Shown: positions 1-8,882 of the stretch, one piece after another | Position numbering within the stretch: the stretch's first letter is position 1 | How the letters are laid out: every line of letters starts with the position of its first letter | NCBI RefSeq assembly: GCF_011045215.1 | Contig: NZ_CP049201.1 | DNA length: 64,000 bases | Origin: Escherichia coli | GTDB taxonomy: Bacteria > Pseudomonadota > Gammaproteobacteria > Enterobacterales > Enterobacteriaceae | Strand: one strand, 5' to 3' | Notes under the pieces: model-generated | Database searches by the model: none | What the model was told of the DNA's origin: nothing | Seen by the model: the letters and a program-made list of their open reading frames with translations, nothing else | Made by a program: the position numbers and the translations under genes

Positions 1-27
1 CCCGGAGAGGGGGCGATAGAATAGCCT

Positions 28-1176
28 TTAGCGAGCGACTCGAAGGCCGTTTTCAACACCGCGTGAGAACACCACCTGCCAGAGCTGAATATCACGGGCG
101 CGAAAAGCACCTGCGCAGGCATTCAGATAATAGGTAAACATCCGTTTAAAGCGTTCACTGTAGTTATCCGCAATTTCTGGCCATGCGGCGAGGAATCGTT
201 CATACCACGCCATCAACGTAGTATCGTAATCAGCACCGAAGTTATGCCAGTCTTCCATCACAAAGTGGGGTTCGCTGGACTGAGCAATCTGGCGTACAGA
301 GGGCAGGCAACCGTTCGGGAAAATATATTTATTAATCCAGGGATCAACATTCAGATCGGTTTTTTTCGAACCGATAGTATGGAGCAGGAATATGCCTTCC
401 GGTTTCAAATTACGATCCACCACCGCAAAATAGGTATCGTAATTTTTCGGTCCGACGTGCTCGAACATCCCCACAGAAACAATACGATCAAACTGGTCGT
501 TCAGGTCACGATAATCTTGCAGCAAAATGGTGACATCCAGGCCTTCACAACGTTCCTGAGCCATTTTTTGCTGTTCGGCAGAAATGGTGACGCCCACCAC
601 GCTTACGTCATAATTAGATGCCATGTAGTGAGCCAGTCCGCCCCAGCCGCAGCCAATATCCAGTACGCGCATCCCTGGTTTTAACTGCAATTTTTCACAA
701 ATCATTTTGAGCTTCGCCTGCTGGGCAGATTCCAGATTATCGGCATCTTTCCAGTAAGCGCAGGAATATTGCATGAAGGGATCAAGCATGCGGCTGAACA
801 AGTCATTACCCAAATCGTAATGCTCTTTGCCGACTATCCAGGCACGTTTTTTACTCTGCAGATTGAAGAGACGAGCGCCGGCAATACGCAGCGTGTCTTT
901 GAAATGATGGGGGAGTTGGTTCTCGAGACCTGCGCGTAAGACTTTGCTAAAAAACATATCCAGTCGGTCACATTCCCACCAGCCATCCATATAACTTTCG
1001 CCTAACCCCAAAGAGCCTTCTTGCAGAACGCGTTTAAAAAAATCGGGGTTTTTCACACGAATATCCGCCGGGGCAGAACCGTTAATGGCTATACCGGCAC
1101 GGCTAAGTAATTCGTTGGCGATACGGTACCAGTTGTCATCCGGTACACTGACTTCTTCTATACACGATGAACTCAT
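28..1176 (-). CDS. cfa: cyclopropane fatty acyl phospholipid synthase
   Basis: 382-aa ORF, recognised as E. coli Cfa (SAM methyltransferase fold, GCGWGG motif); ATG confirmed at 1176-1174. Confidence 0.95.
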   Translation of the reverse strand: MSSSCIEEVSVPDDNWYRIANELLSRAGIAINGSAPADIRVKNPDFFKRVLQEGSLGLGESYMDGWWECDRLDMFFSKVLRAGLENQLPHHFKDTLRIAGARLFNLQSKKRAWIVGKEHYDLGNDLFSRMLDPFMQYSCAYWKDADNLESAQQAKLKMICEKLQLKPGMRVLDIGCGWGGLAHYMASNYDVSVVGVTISAEQQKMAQERCEGLDVTILLQDYRDLNDQFDRIVSVGMFEHVGPKNYDTYFAVVDRNLKPEGIFLLHTIGSKKTDLNVDPWINKYIFPNGCLPSVRQIAQSSEPHFVMEDWHNFGADYDTTLMAWYERFLAAWPEIADNYSERFKRMFTYYLNACAGAFRARDIQLWQVVFSRGVENGLRVAR

Positions 1177-1390
1177 AGTTTCTCCATCACTGGTCGGTGA
1201 TCAGAACCTTAAAACAGCGTAGACGCTTTTTGGGCTTTGTGAGAAATCTCGCAGAAAAAACCGCGAGTCTATAATCCGACGTAGAACAGAGGGAAAGGAG
1301 GAACCCTTGCCGAAATGACCATCCATAGTGAGTCGGGAACGATCCTGTCCCCGTAAAAACATAATATTTATCGTAGCTTTAACAACTCGA
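1177..1390 (-). promoter_or_regulatory. cfa promoter and long 5' leader region
   Basis: Non-coding stretch upstream of cfa; by established knowledge cfa has sigma70 and sigmaS promoters and a long sRNA-targeted leader. Boundaries not resolved from sequence. Confidence 0.3.
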
Positions 1391-1466
1391 AATTAGTATA
1401 GGCCGCTAATTTCAATCATACAACAAAATTTTGTTAGCAGCCTAAGTATAAGTATATCGATATAGA

Positions 1467-2678
1467 TCAGTGTGATTCGCTATGAGCGACTTCGGCATTG
1501 CCATGATTCTGGCAGCCAACTTCTTCACAACGTTGCATCATGTAACCCAGCGCGACCAGCACTACTGTTGATAACATCACGCTGGTGGTGGTGAGCAATG
1601 GCGTGCTGATACTGATCAGCCAGGAAACTACCAGACTTGCGAGGAAGCACAGACCCAGTTGTAGAGTGTTCTGCAACGCTGCGGCGCGACCAGTGGCGTG
1701 TGGGAAGGGACGCAGCGCCTGGGCGACAACAATAGGGTAGATCGCGCCATTGGCAATCGCCATCACACAGAATGGGATCAGGATTTCGACCAGCGACACA
1801 TGGCTAATGAAGCCCGCAGCCCAGGTCGCAATGACGCTGACAGCAAACAGCACCAGCAACCACGGTAATAACTGCTTGCCTTGCCATTTCTGCAGCGCGG
1901 CGCGACAGCCATAACCACCAATCAGAAACGCGATAGTTTGCGGGACATAACTTAAACCAATAACTGCCGGGCTGTAGCCCATTTCACTAAGGATGAACGG
2001 TGAACCGGTCAGCCATGCAAAAAAACTGGCTGAACAGGCCGCGTATATCAGCACGTTGCCGCGATAGGTTTTAGAACGTAGCAGGTCGGTAAAGGTCAGA
2101 CCATCCTGACTATTGTTACGGGCCTTCGTCGTGGGTTTGAGCCAGAAAATAGGCAGAATCAGCACCACGGTAATGGCAAACAGGGTGGCGAAAATCGCCT
2201 GCCAGGAAAAATGGACCAGCAGCCAGCTTCCTAACAGAGGAGCCAGGGCCGGAGATAGACCCACCAGCGGCATGATGGTCGCAAAAATTCGGTTAACCTT
2301 CTGTGAAGGATAATAATCCGTCACTAACGCTTGCCAGATAACCGCCGCGGCGCAGACACCCACAGCTTGTACAAAACGCAATACCAGCAGCATAGCGGCG
2401 TTTTCTACCCACAGCATCCCCAGACTACCTAACGCAAAAATTGTCAGGCCGATTAATAATACCGGTTTACGACCATAACGGTCGGAGAGCGGCCCCCACA
2501 GAAGCTGGGCTGCGGCAAAACCGGCAAGGAACAGACTAAGGCTGGCACTGACAGCAGACGCAGGCGTTTGCAGGTCGGCCTGTATGGCGGCGAAAGCAGG
2601 CAGATACATATCGGTTGCCAGAAAACCGAGTACGCTCAAACCCGCCAGCCAGACTAAAAATCTTTTCCCAGGTTGCAT
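1467..2678 (-). CDS. punC: MFS purine nucleoside transporter
   Basis: 403-aa multi-TM ORF matching E. coli YdhC/PunC; ATG at 2678-2676. Confidence 0.9.
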   Translation of the reverse strand: MQPGKRFLVWLAGLSVLGFLATDMYLPAFAAIQADLQTPASAVSASLSLFLAGFAAAQLLWGPLSDRYGRKPVLLIGLTIFALGSLGMLWVENAAMLLVLRFVQAVGVCAAAVIWQALVTDYYPSQKVNRIFATIMPLVGLSPALAPLLGSWLLVHFSWQAIFATLFAITVVLILPIFWLKPTTKARNNSQDGLTFTDLLRSKTYRGNVLIYAACSASFFAWLTGSPFILSEMGYSPAVIGLSYVPQTIAFLIGGYGCRAALQKWQGKQLLPWLLVLFAVSVIATWAAGFISHVSLVEILIPFCVMAIANGAIYPIVVAQALRPFPHATGRAAALQNTLQLGLCFLASLVVSWLISISTPLLTTTSVMLSTVVLVALGYMMQRCEEVGCQNHGNAEVAHSESH

Positions 2679-2790
2679 GTATATTCTCTAAATCTCTCAA
2701 TTAAACACCGCCGCAAAGTGTAGGGAGTGAAATTAGTGTTGTGAAACGGTAATATTTGATGACTGGTTTCAAAAATTTTGCAGGTAGACT

Positions 2791-3723
2791 ATGTGGTCAG
2801 AATATTCACTCGAAGTTGTTGATGCGGTAGCGCGTAATGGTAGTTTTAGCGCTGCGGCACAGGAGTTGCATCGCGTTCCTTCTGCGGTCAGCTATACCGT
2901 GCGTCAGCTGGAAGAGTGGCTGGCGGTGCCGCTCTTTGAAAGACGGCACCGTGATGTGGAACTGACCGCTGCCGGAGCGTGGTTTCTCAAAGAAGGGCGC
3001 TCTGTTGTCAAAAAAATGCAGATCACCCGCCAGCAATGTCAGCAGATAGCGAACGGCTGGCGCGGTCAGTTAGCTATTGCAGTGGATAATATTGTCAGGC
3101 CAGAACGTACACGGCAGATGATCGTTGATTTTTATCGCCATTTTGATGATGTCGAACTTCTTGTCTTTCAGGAAGTGTTCAACGGTGTCTGGGATGCGCT
3201 TTCCGACGGGCGCGTGGAACTGGCGATTGGCGCAACACGCGCGATTCCGGTAGGCGGTCGTTATGCCTTCCGGGATATGGGGATGCTAAGCTGGAGTTGC
3301 GTTGTTGCCAGTCACCACCCGCTGGCGTTGATGGATTGCCCGTTCAGCGATGATACGTTGCGCAACTGGCCGTCGTTGGTGCGCGAAGACACCTCGCGAA
3401 CGCTACCTAAACGTATTACCTGGTTGCTGGATAACCAAAAAAGACTTGTCGTACCTGACTGGGAATCATCGGCAACCTGTATCTCGGCAGGATTATGCAT
3501 AGGGATGGTGCCAACACATTTCGCCAAACCGTGGCTTAATGAGGGGAAGTGGGTAGCATTAGAACTGGAAAACCCCTTTCCGGATTCGGCATGTTGTCTG
3601 ACATGGCAGCAAAATGATATGTCGCCTGCGTTAACCTGGTTGCTTGAGTATCTCGGCGATAGTGAGACGCTGAATAAGGAGTGGCTGCGGGAGCCGGAAG
3701 AGACTCCCGCAACGGGTGATTAA
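2791..3723 (+). CDS. punR: LysR-family transcriptional regulator
   Basis: 310-aa ORF with N-terminal HTH, divergent from punC; matches YdhB/PunR. Confidence 0.9.
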
Positions 3724-4745
3724 CGACGATAGTCGCGGAACGGGCCGTCAGCCACGGAGCGGCGTTCAATCAAGCGCGGATGCACTTCAATGGACTGCGG
3801 TTCTTCACGTTTGTTGACTATACGATCCAACAACATGTTGAACGCTGTTTCACCCAGCGAATCTTTTGGCTGATGGATCGTGGTCAGCGCCGGCGTAAAA
3901 TAGCGGGCGTTGCGCACGTTATCATAACCAATCAGCGAAACATCCTGCGGGACGCGCAGCCCCATTTCATCAGCAGCACAAAGTGCGCCCATTGCCATGA
4001 TATCGCCACCACAGAAGACGGCAGTAGGGCGATGCGGCTGCGACAGGATTTGCTGCATGGCGCGATAACCGGATTCAGGTTCAAAGTCACCCTGCACAAT
4101 CCAGCTTTCCGGCACTTTGATCATCGCTTCTTCCATCGCCTTCATAAAACCGGCAAGGCGGCCTGCGCCGGTGTTACGTTCCAGCGGGCCGGGGATAACG
4201 CCGATTTCGCGGTGACCGCGTTCAATCAGATAACGCCCGGCCATGTAGCCGCCTTCGAACGCGTTATCAATGACCGCATCGGTGAAGTCAGCTTTTGCTT
4301 CACCCCAGTCCATCACCACCATTGGAATATGGCGATACTCTTCCAGCATCGCCAGCAACGGCTCTGGGTACTCAGAACACATCACCAGCAGACCATCGAC
4401 GCGTTTTTGCGCCATCATCGACAGATAAGCCCGCTGTTTCTCAAGATTGTTCCACGCATTGCCCAGAATCAGGGTGTAACCTTTCTGGAAGCAATTTTTT
4501 TCAACTGCTTCAATGATCTCGGCAAAATAGGCCGCTTCGCTGCTGGTCGCCAGCAAACCGATAGACTTGGTGTGGTTAACCTTCAGGCTACGCGCCACCG
4601 CGCTAGGGGAGTAGTGTAATTCTTTAATCGCTGCCCACACGGCGTTGCGCGTTTCTTCAGCGACGAAACGTGTTTTGTTGATCACGTGTGACACAGTTGT
4701 AGTGGAAACGTTTGCTCGTTTCGCTACATCTTTTATTGTTGCCAT
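3720..4745 (-). CDS. purR: purine repressor PurR (LacI family)
   Basis: 341-aa ORF beginning [24 protein letters not shown], recognised as PurR. Confidence 0.97.
4703..4718 (-). promoter_or_regulatory. PUR box (purR autoregulatory operator O2, inside coding region)
   Basis: Minus-strand GAGCAAACGTTTCC matches PUR-box core; position about 30-40 nt into purR ORF as expected for O2. Confidence 0.5.
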
Positions 4746-4788
4746 TCCATTTCACTCCAGACCCTAACTTCAGCTCCTGCAAAATCGC

Positions 4789-4806
4789 AAGGTAAACGTT
4801 TGCCTT
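4789..4806 (-). promoter_or_regulatory. PUR box (purR operator O1 in 5' leader)
   Basis: AAGGTAAACGTTTGCCTT, near-palindromic PUR-box core 44-61 nt upstream of purR ATG. Confidence 0.55.
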
Positions 4807-5043
4807 TACACACCTTACGCACAACAAAAGTGTTGCGGTACGCCGGAAAAACGACACGGAGCGTCAGGAAGGGGTCAATGGCCAGTACGCAAATAGTGTA
4901 AGCGTGGAATTTTGGCCGATCTTGACGAAAAGGGGAAGTGGTAAAAACACTTATCATTATAAATGACGGGAGATTTTTTCATCACAGTGTGTAAAAATGC
5001 GTAATATCACTTTTTGTGTGGTAATAAAAAAGGAGAAAACTTG

Positions 5044-5133
5044 ATGAGCACCGACCTTAAATTTTCACTGGTAACAACGATTATCGTCCTCGGTTTGATC
5101 GTGGCCGTGGGTTTGACTGCCGCGCTGCACTGA
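5044..5133 (+). CDS. ynhF: 29-aa small membrane protein YnhF
   Basis: ATG..TGA ORF translated by hand: MSTDLKFSLVTTIIVLGLIVAVGLTAALH; hydrophobic single TM; location purR-ydhP matches known ynhF. Confidence 0.8.
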   Translation: MSTDLKFSLVTTIIVLGLIVAVGLTAALH

Positions 5134-5298
5134 TTTCCTCTCGAGGGAGCGCGTTCTCCCTCGCATCTCCTTCCTGTTTGTTAGCAAAATGGCAAAAGTG
5201 TTTTCTCTTTTTGTTATTTTCATTTTTTTGTGATTGCTGTCATGCTTTCGCCACTTTAATGAATATCGCGTAATGACGCGAAGAGGTGGAGATAAGGC

Positions 5299-6468
5299 AT
5301 GAAAATTAACTATCCGTTGCTGGCGCTGGCGATTGGCGCGTTTGGTATCGGGACAACGGAGTTCTCGCCAATGGGCTTGTTGCCCGTCATTGCGCGCGGT
5401 GTGGATGTCTCGATTCCCGCTGCCGGAATGTTAATCAGTGCCTATGCAGTTGGCGTAATGGTGGGCGCGCCGCTGATGACGCTTCTACTTTCTCATCGTG
5501 CCCGCCGCAGTGCGTTGATTTTCCTGATGGCAATTTTCACGCTAGGCAACGTACTTTCCGCCATCGCGCCGGATTATATGACCCTGATGCTTTCACGCAT
5601 TTTGACCAGCCTGAATCACGGAGCATTTTTTGGTTTGGGTTCAGTCGTGGCCGCAAGCGTGGTGCCAAAACATAAACAGGCCAGCGCAGTTGCCACTATG
5701 TTTATGGGGTTAACCCTGGCAAATATCGGTGGCGTGCCGGCGGCGACCTGGTTGGGTGAAACCATCGGCTGGCGGATGTCATTTCTGGCAACGGCGGGGC
5801 TGGGAGTGATTTCAATGGTAAGTCTGTTCTTCTCATTACCTAAAGGTGGTGCAGGGGTACGACCTGAAGTGAAAAAAGAGCTGGCGGTATTAATGCGTCC
5901 GCAGGTGCTGTCTGCATTGCTGACGACGGTACTGGGAGCTGGTGCAATGTTTACTCTCTACACCTATATCTCTCCGGTACTGCAAAGTATTACCCACGCA
6001 ACACCGGTGTTCGTCACGGCAATGCTGGTGCTGATTGGTGTCGGATTCTCTATCGGTAACTATCTCGGCGGCAAACTGGCAGATCGTTCAGTTAACGGCA
6101 CGTTGAAAGGCTTTTTGTTGCTGCTGATGGTGATTATGCTGGCAATCCCGTTCCTGGCCCGCAATGAGTTCGGCGCAGCTATTAGCATGGTGGTGTGGGG
6201 CGCTGCAACCTTTGCGGTCGTACCGCCGTTACAGATGCGCGTGATGCGTGTCGCCAGTGAAGCGCCAGGTCTGTCTTCATCAGTCAATATTGGTGCCTTT
6301 AATCTTGGAAATGCGCTGGGAGCAGCTGCTGGTGGTGCGGTAATTTCCGCTGGGCTGGGATACAGCTTTGTGCCGGTGATGGGGGCGATTGTCGCGGGAC
6401 TGGCATTATTGCTGGTGTTTATGTCAGCCAGAAAACAACCTGAAACAGTTTGCGTTGCTAACAGCTAA
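5299..6468 (+). CDS. ydhP: MFS transporter YdhP
   Basis: 389-aa 12-TM ORF matching E. coli YdhP. Confidence 0.9.
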   Translation: MKINYPLLALAIGAFGIGTTEFSPMGLLPVIARGVDVSIPAAGMLISAYAVGVMVGAPLMTLLLSHRARRSALIFLMAIFTLGNVLSAIAPDYMTLMLSRILTSLNHGAFFGLGSVVAASVVPKHKQASAVATMFMGLTLANIGGVPAATWLGETIGWRMSFLATAGLGVISMVSLFFSLPKGGAGVRPEVKKELAVLMRPQVLSALLTTVLGAGAMFTLYTYISPVLQSITHATPVFVTAMLVLIGVGFSIGNYLGGKLADRSVNGTLKGFLLLLMVIMLAIPFLARNEFGAAISMVVWGAATFAVVPPLQMRVMRVASEAPGLSSSVNIGAFNLGNALGAAAGGAVISAGLGYSFVPVMGAIVAGLALLLVFMSARKQPETVCVANS

Positions 6469-6479
6469 TTAAACAAAAA

Positions 6480-6501
6480 CGCAGAAGGATAACCTTCTGC
6501 G
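6480..6501. terminator. bidirectional hairpin between convergent ydhP and sodB
   Basis: CGCAGAAGG-ATAA-CCTTCTGCG perfect 9-bp stem, A-run upstream and T-rich downstream. Confidence 0.6.
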
Positions 6502-6530
6502 TTACAGTTGCTGACAACGTGCGATTTATC

Positions 6531-6600
6531 TTGCCGAATGCGCTGTTAACGCCTCATCCGCGTTGGCATGGTAAGCGAAGCGTATCAGGCAATACTGCAT
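6531..6600. repeat. REP-like palindromic elements (degenerate REP pair)
   Basis: GCCGAATGCG...AACGCCTCATCCGC and GCCTGATACGCTTCGCTTACCATGCC (minus) resemble REP consensus; in convergent intergenic space. Confidence 0.45.
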
Positions 6601-6613
6601 TTGCCATCAGTTA

Positions 6614-7195
6614 TTATGCAGCGAGATTTTTCGCTACGAATTCCCAGTTCACCAGCGCCCAGAAGTGCTCAAGATAGCCAGGACGTGCATTGCGATAGTC
6701 GATGTAATATGCGTGTTCCCAGACATCAACGGTTAGCAGCGGAGTCGCATCGGTGGTCAGCGGAGTACCCGCGTTAGAGGTTGAAACGATAGCCAGTTTG
6801 CCATCGCTGTTTTTCACCAGCCAGGTCCAGCCAGAACCAAAGTTTTTGATCGCTGCATCAGTAAACTGAGCTTTGAAATCGGCAAAGCTGCCAAAAGATG
6901 CGGCGATAGCTTCAGCGACTTTTCCAGTCGGTTCGCCACCGGCGTTCGGTGCCAGGCAGTTCCAGTAGAAAGTATGGTTCCAGACCTGAGCTGCGTTGTT
7001 GAATACGCCACCTTCAGAGCTGCGAATAATCTCTTCCAGTGATTTACCTTCAAACGCGGTACCTTTGATCAGGTTGTTCAGGTTAGTGACATAAGTCTGA
7101 TGATGCTTGCCGTAGTGATACTCGATGGTTTCCGCAGAAATATGCGGTGCCAGAGCATCTTTAGCATATGGTAGTGCAGGTAATTCGAATGACAT
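6614..7195 (-). CDS. sodB: iron superoxide dismutase
   Basis: 193-aa [39 protein letters not shown], recognised as SodB. Confidence 0.97.
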   Translation of the reverse strand: MSFELPALPYAKDALAPHISAETIEYHYGKHHQTYVTNLNNLIKGTAFEGKSLEEIIRSSEGGVFNNAAQVWNHTFYWNCLAPNAGGEPTGKVAEAIAASFGSFADFKAQFTDAAIKNFGSGWTWLVKNSDGKLAIVSTSNAGTPLTTDATPLLTVDVWEHAYYIDYRNARPGYLEHFWALVNWEFVAKNLAA

Positions 7196-7221
7196 TGCTA
7201 CTCTCCTTTATTATTAATTTG

Positions 7222-7251
7222 CATACGTACAATAGCCTTATTGTGCGTATG
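7222..7251 (-). promoter_or_regulatory. palindrome in sodB promoter/5' leader
   Basis: CATACGTACAATA-GCCT-TATTGTGCGTATG, 13-bp arms with 1 mismatch, 27-56 nt upstream of sodB ATG. Confidence 0.45.
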
Positions 7252-7322
7252 GATAGGGTAGCAAATTAAAAGGTGAGACAAAAGATGAACTTACCCTGTT
7301 GCCGTAACAACAGGGTAAAGTT

Positions 7323-8150
7323 TTAGCGAAGTGTTTTTGGGGTCATTACCCGGCGAGCGCCAACGTAGTGGCGCTGCCAGTAGTCTTCACTGAGAGAAGT
7401 GATTTGAATTTCCTGACCCGTACGCGGTGACTGAATAAATTTGCCGTTGCCGACATACACACCGACATGATCGGCTGTACCGCGTCCCTGAGTACGGAAA
7501 AAGACCAGGTCGCCGTTTTTCAGTTCACTACGTTCGATTGGCGCTGCATCACGCAGGTGATACATTTCATTCGCCGTACGCGGAATACGAATTTTTACCA
7601 AATCTTTATAAGCGTAATAAACCAGGCCGCTGCAATCAAAACCGGTACGCGGTGAGCTGCCACCCCAACGATATGGCTTACCAATTTGCTGCATCAGTTT
7701 ATTCATTGCCACTTTTGTGGCTTTTTGCACCTTCGCTTTGTGTGCGTCGGCAAGGGTTCCTGACGCGGCATTTTTGACTTTCACACAATGCGATTTATAG
7801 CCCTTACGTTTGGTACACTTTTCGGTAAAGCTGGCTGAGGCCGTTTTATTGACGGTATGTTTGCTGCGAGTTTTGGCGTTTTTAGAAGCGGTAATGGAAG
7901 ATTTTTTAACGGAAGAAGCGGTTTTGCTTTTGGTCGTACTTTTACTGGCGGCTTTTTTCGCTGTTTTCTGGCTGGCTTTCTGGGTCTTTTTGGTGGTTGC
8001 CGTGCTTTTCTTTTTATCTGCTTTTTTGGTGATATGAGTGGTAGCAGAACTCTCCCTGGCTTGCTTTGAAGCATGGGCCATAGGCGTTAAAGGCAGGGTG
8101 GTAAAAAGTAAAGCACAGAGCGTGATCGAAATACGGTTTATCCGCGCCAC
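7323..8150 (-). CDS. mepH: NlpC/P60 peptidoglycan DD-endopeptidase MepH
   Basis: 275-aa ORF (GTG start) with signal peptide, K/T/S-rich linker and C-terminal NlpC/P60 domain (GFDCSGLV); matches YdhO/MepH. Confidence 0.9.
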   Translation of the reverse strand: MARINRISITLCALLFTTLPLTPMAHASKQARESSATTHITKKADKKKSTATTKKTQKASQKTAKKAASKSTTKSKTASSVKKSSITASKNAKTRSKHTVNKTASASFTEKCTKRKGYKSHCVKVKNAASGTLADAHKAKVQKATKVAMNKLMQQIGKPYRWGGSSPRTGFDCSGLVYYAYKDLVKIRIPRTANEMYHLRDAAPIERSELKNGDLVFFRTQGRGTADHVGVYVGNGKFIQSPRTGQEIQITSLSEDYWQRHYVGARRVMTPKTLR

Positions 8151-8484
8151 TGAGCGTCCCTCTGTTAAGGCAGGTCTATCATGCCTGCGTCTGATTTACA
8201 AAACTTGATGATTCTAATGCATAGAAGAAGAGAAAGTTAATAGCTTTTATTGTTAAAAAATACGTTTCGTTGGCGAGCGCAAAAAAATGCAGCAGTGAAA
8301 GCTAAAAATGGTTATAAATACGCCAGTTTGCCGTGCATCAGGGAAGAAACGAATATTTGAAATGCAACAAATAGAGCAAAGGGATAAAATAGCAAAAGCG
8401 TGATGAAAATGTTATTTTCCGATGCCGCACTGACCCGCTACAATGTCAGATTACTGCCGTAAAGAAGTTTGAGGAAGCAAGACA

Positions 8485-8832
8485 ATGAGCACCACTATCG
8501 AAAAAATCCAACGCCAGATTGCTGAAAACCCGATCCTGCTGTACATGAAAGGTTCACCGAAACTGCCGAGCTGCGGTTTCTCTGCCCAGGCAGTACAGGC
8601 GCTTGCCGCATGTGGCGAACGTTTTGCCTATGTTGATATTCTGCAGAATCCGGACATTCGTGCGGAGCTGCCGAAATATGCTAACTGGCCGACCTTCCCG
8701 CAACTGTGGGTTGACGGCGAACTGGTCGGCGGTTGTGATATTGTGATCGAAATGTATCAGCGTGGCGAACTGCAGCAGCTGATCAAAGAAACTGCCGCTA
8801 AATACAAGTCTGAAGAGCCGGACGCGGAATAA
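8485..8832 (+). CDS. grxD: monothiol glutaredoxin Grx4
   Basis: 115-aa ORF with CGFS motif (PSCGFSAQ). Confidence 0.95.
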   Translation: MSTTIEKIQRQIAENPILLYMKGSPKLPSCGFSAQAVQALAACGERFAYVDILQNPDIRAELPKYANWPTFPQLWVDGELVGGCDIVIEMYQRGELQQLIKETAAKYKSEEPDAE

Positions 8833-8846
8833 TCCGTCCTGCAATA

Positions 8847-8874
8847 CTGACGGATGCGAACGGGCATCCGTCAG
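8847..8874 (+). terminator. hairpin downstream of grxD
   Basis: CTGACGGATGC-GAACGG-GCATCCGTCAG 11-bp stem directly after grxD stop; weak U-tract. Confidence 0.5.
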
Positions 8875-8882
8875 TCCTTTAT

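Noticed and set aside
3780-4619. 279-aa plus-strand ORF
   Set aside because: Lies entirely antisense within the well-recognised purR; His/Arg-rich composition typical of antisense frames.
8151-8484. Possible Fur box in the mepH-grxD divergent region (TGATGAAAATGTTATTTTC)
   Set aside because: Only about 50% match to the Fur consensus by eye; too weak to call without a position weight matrix score.
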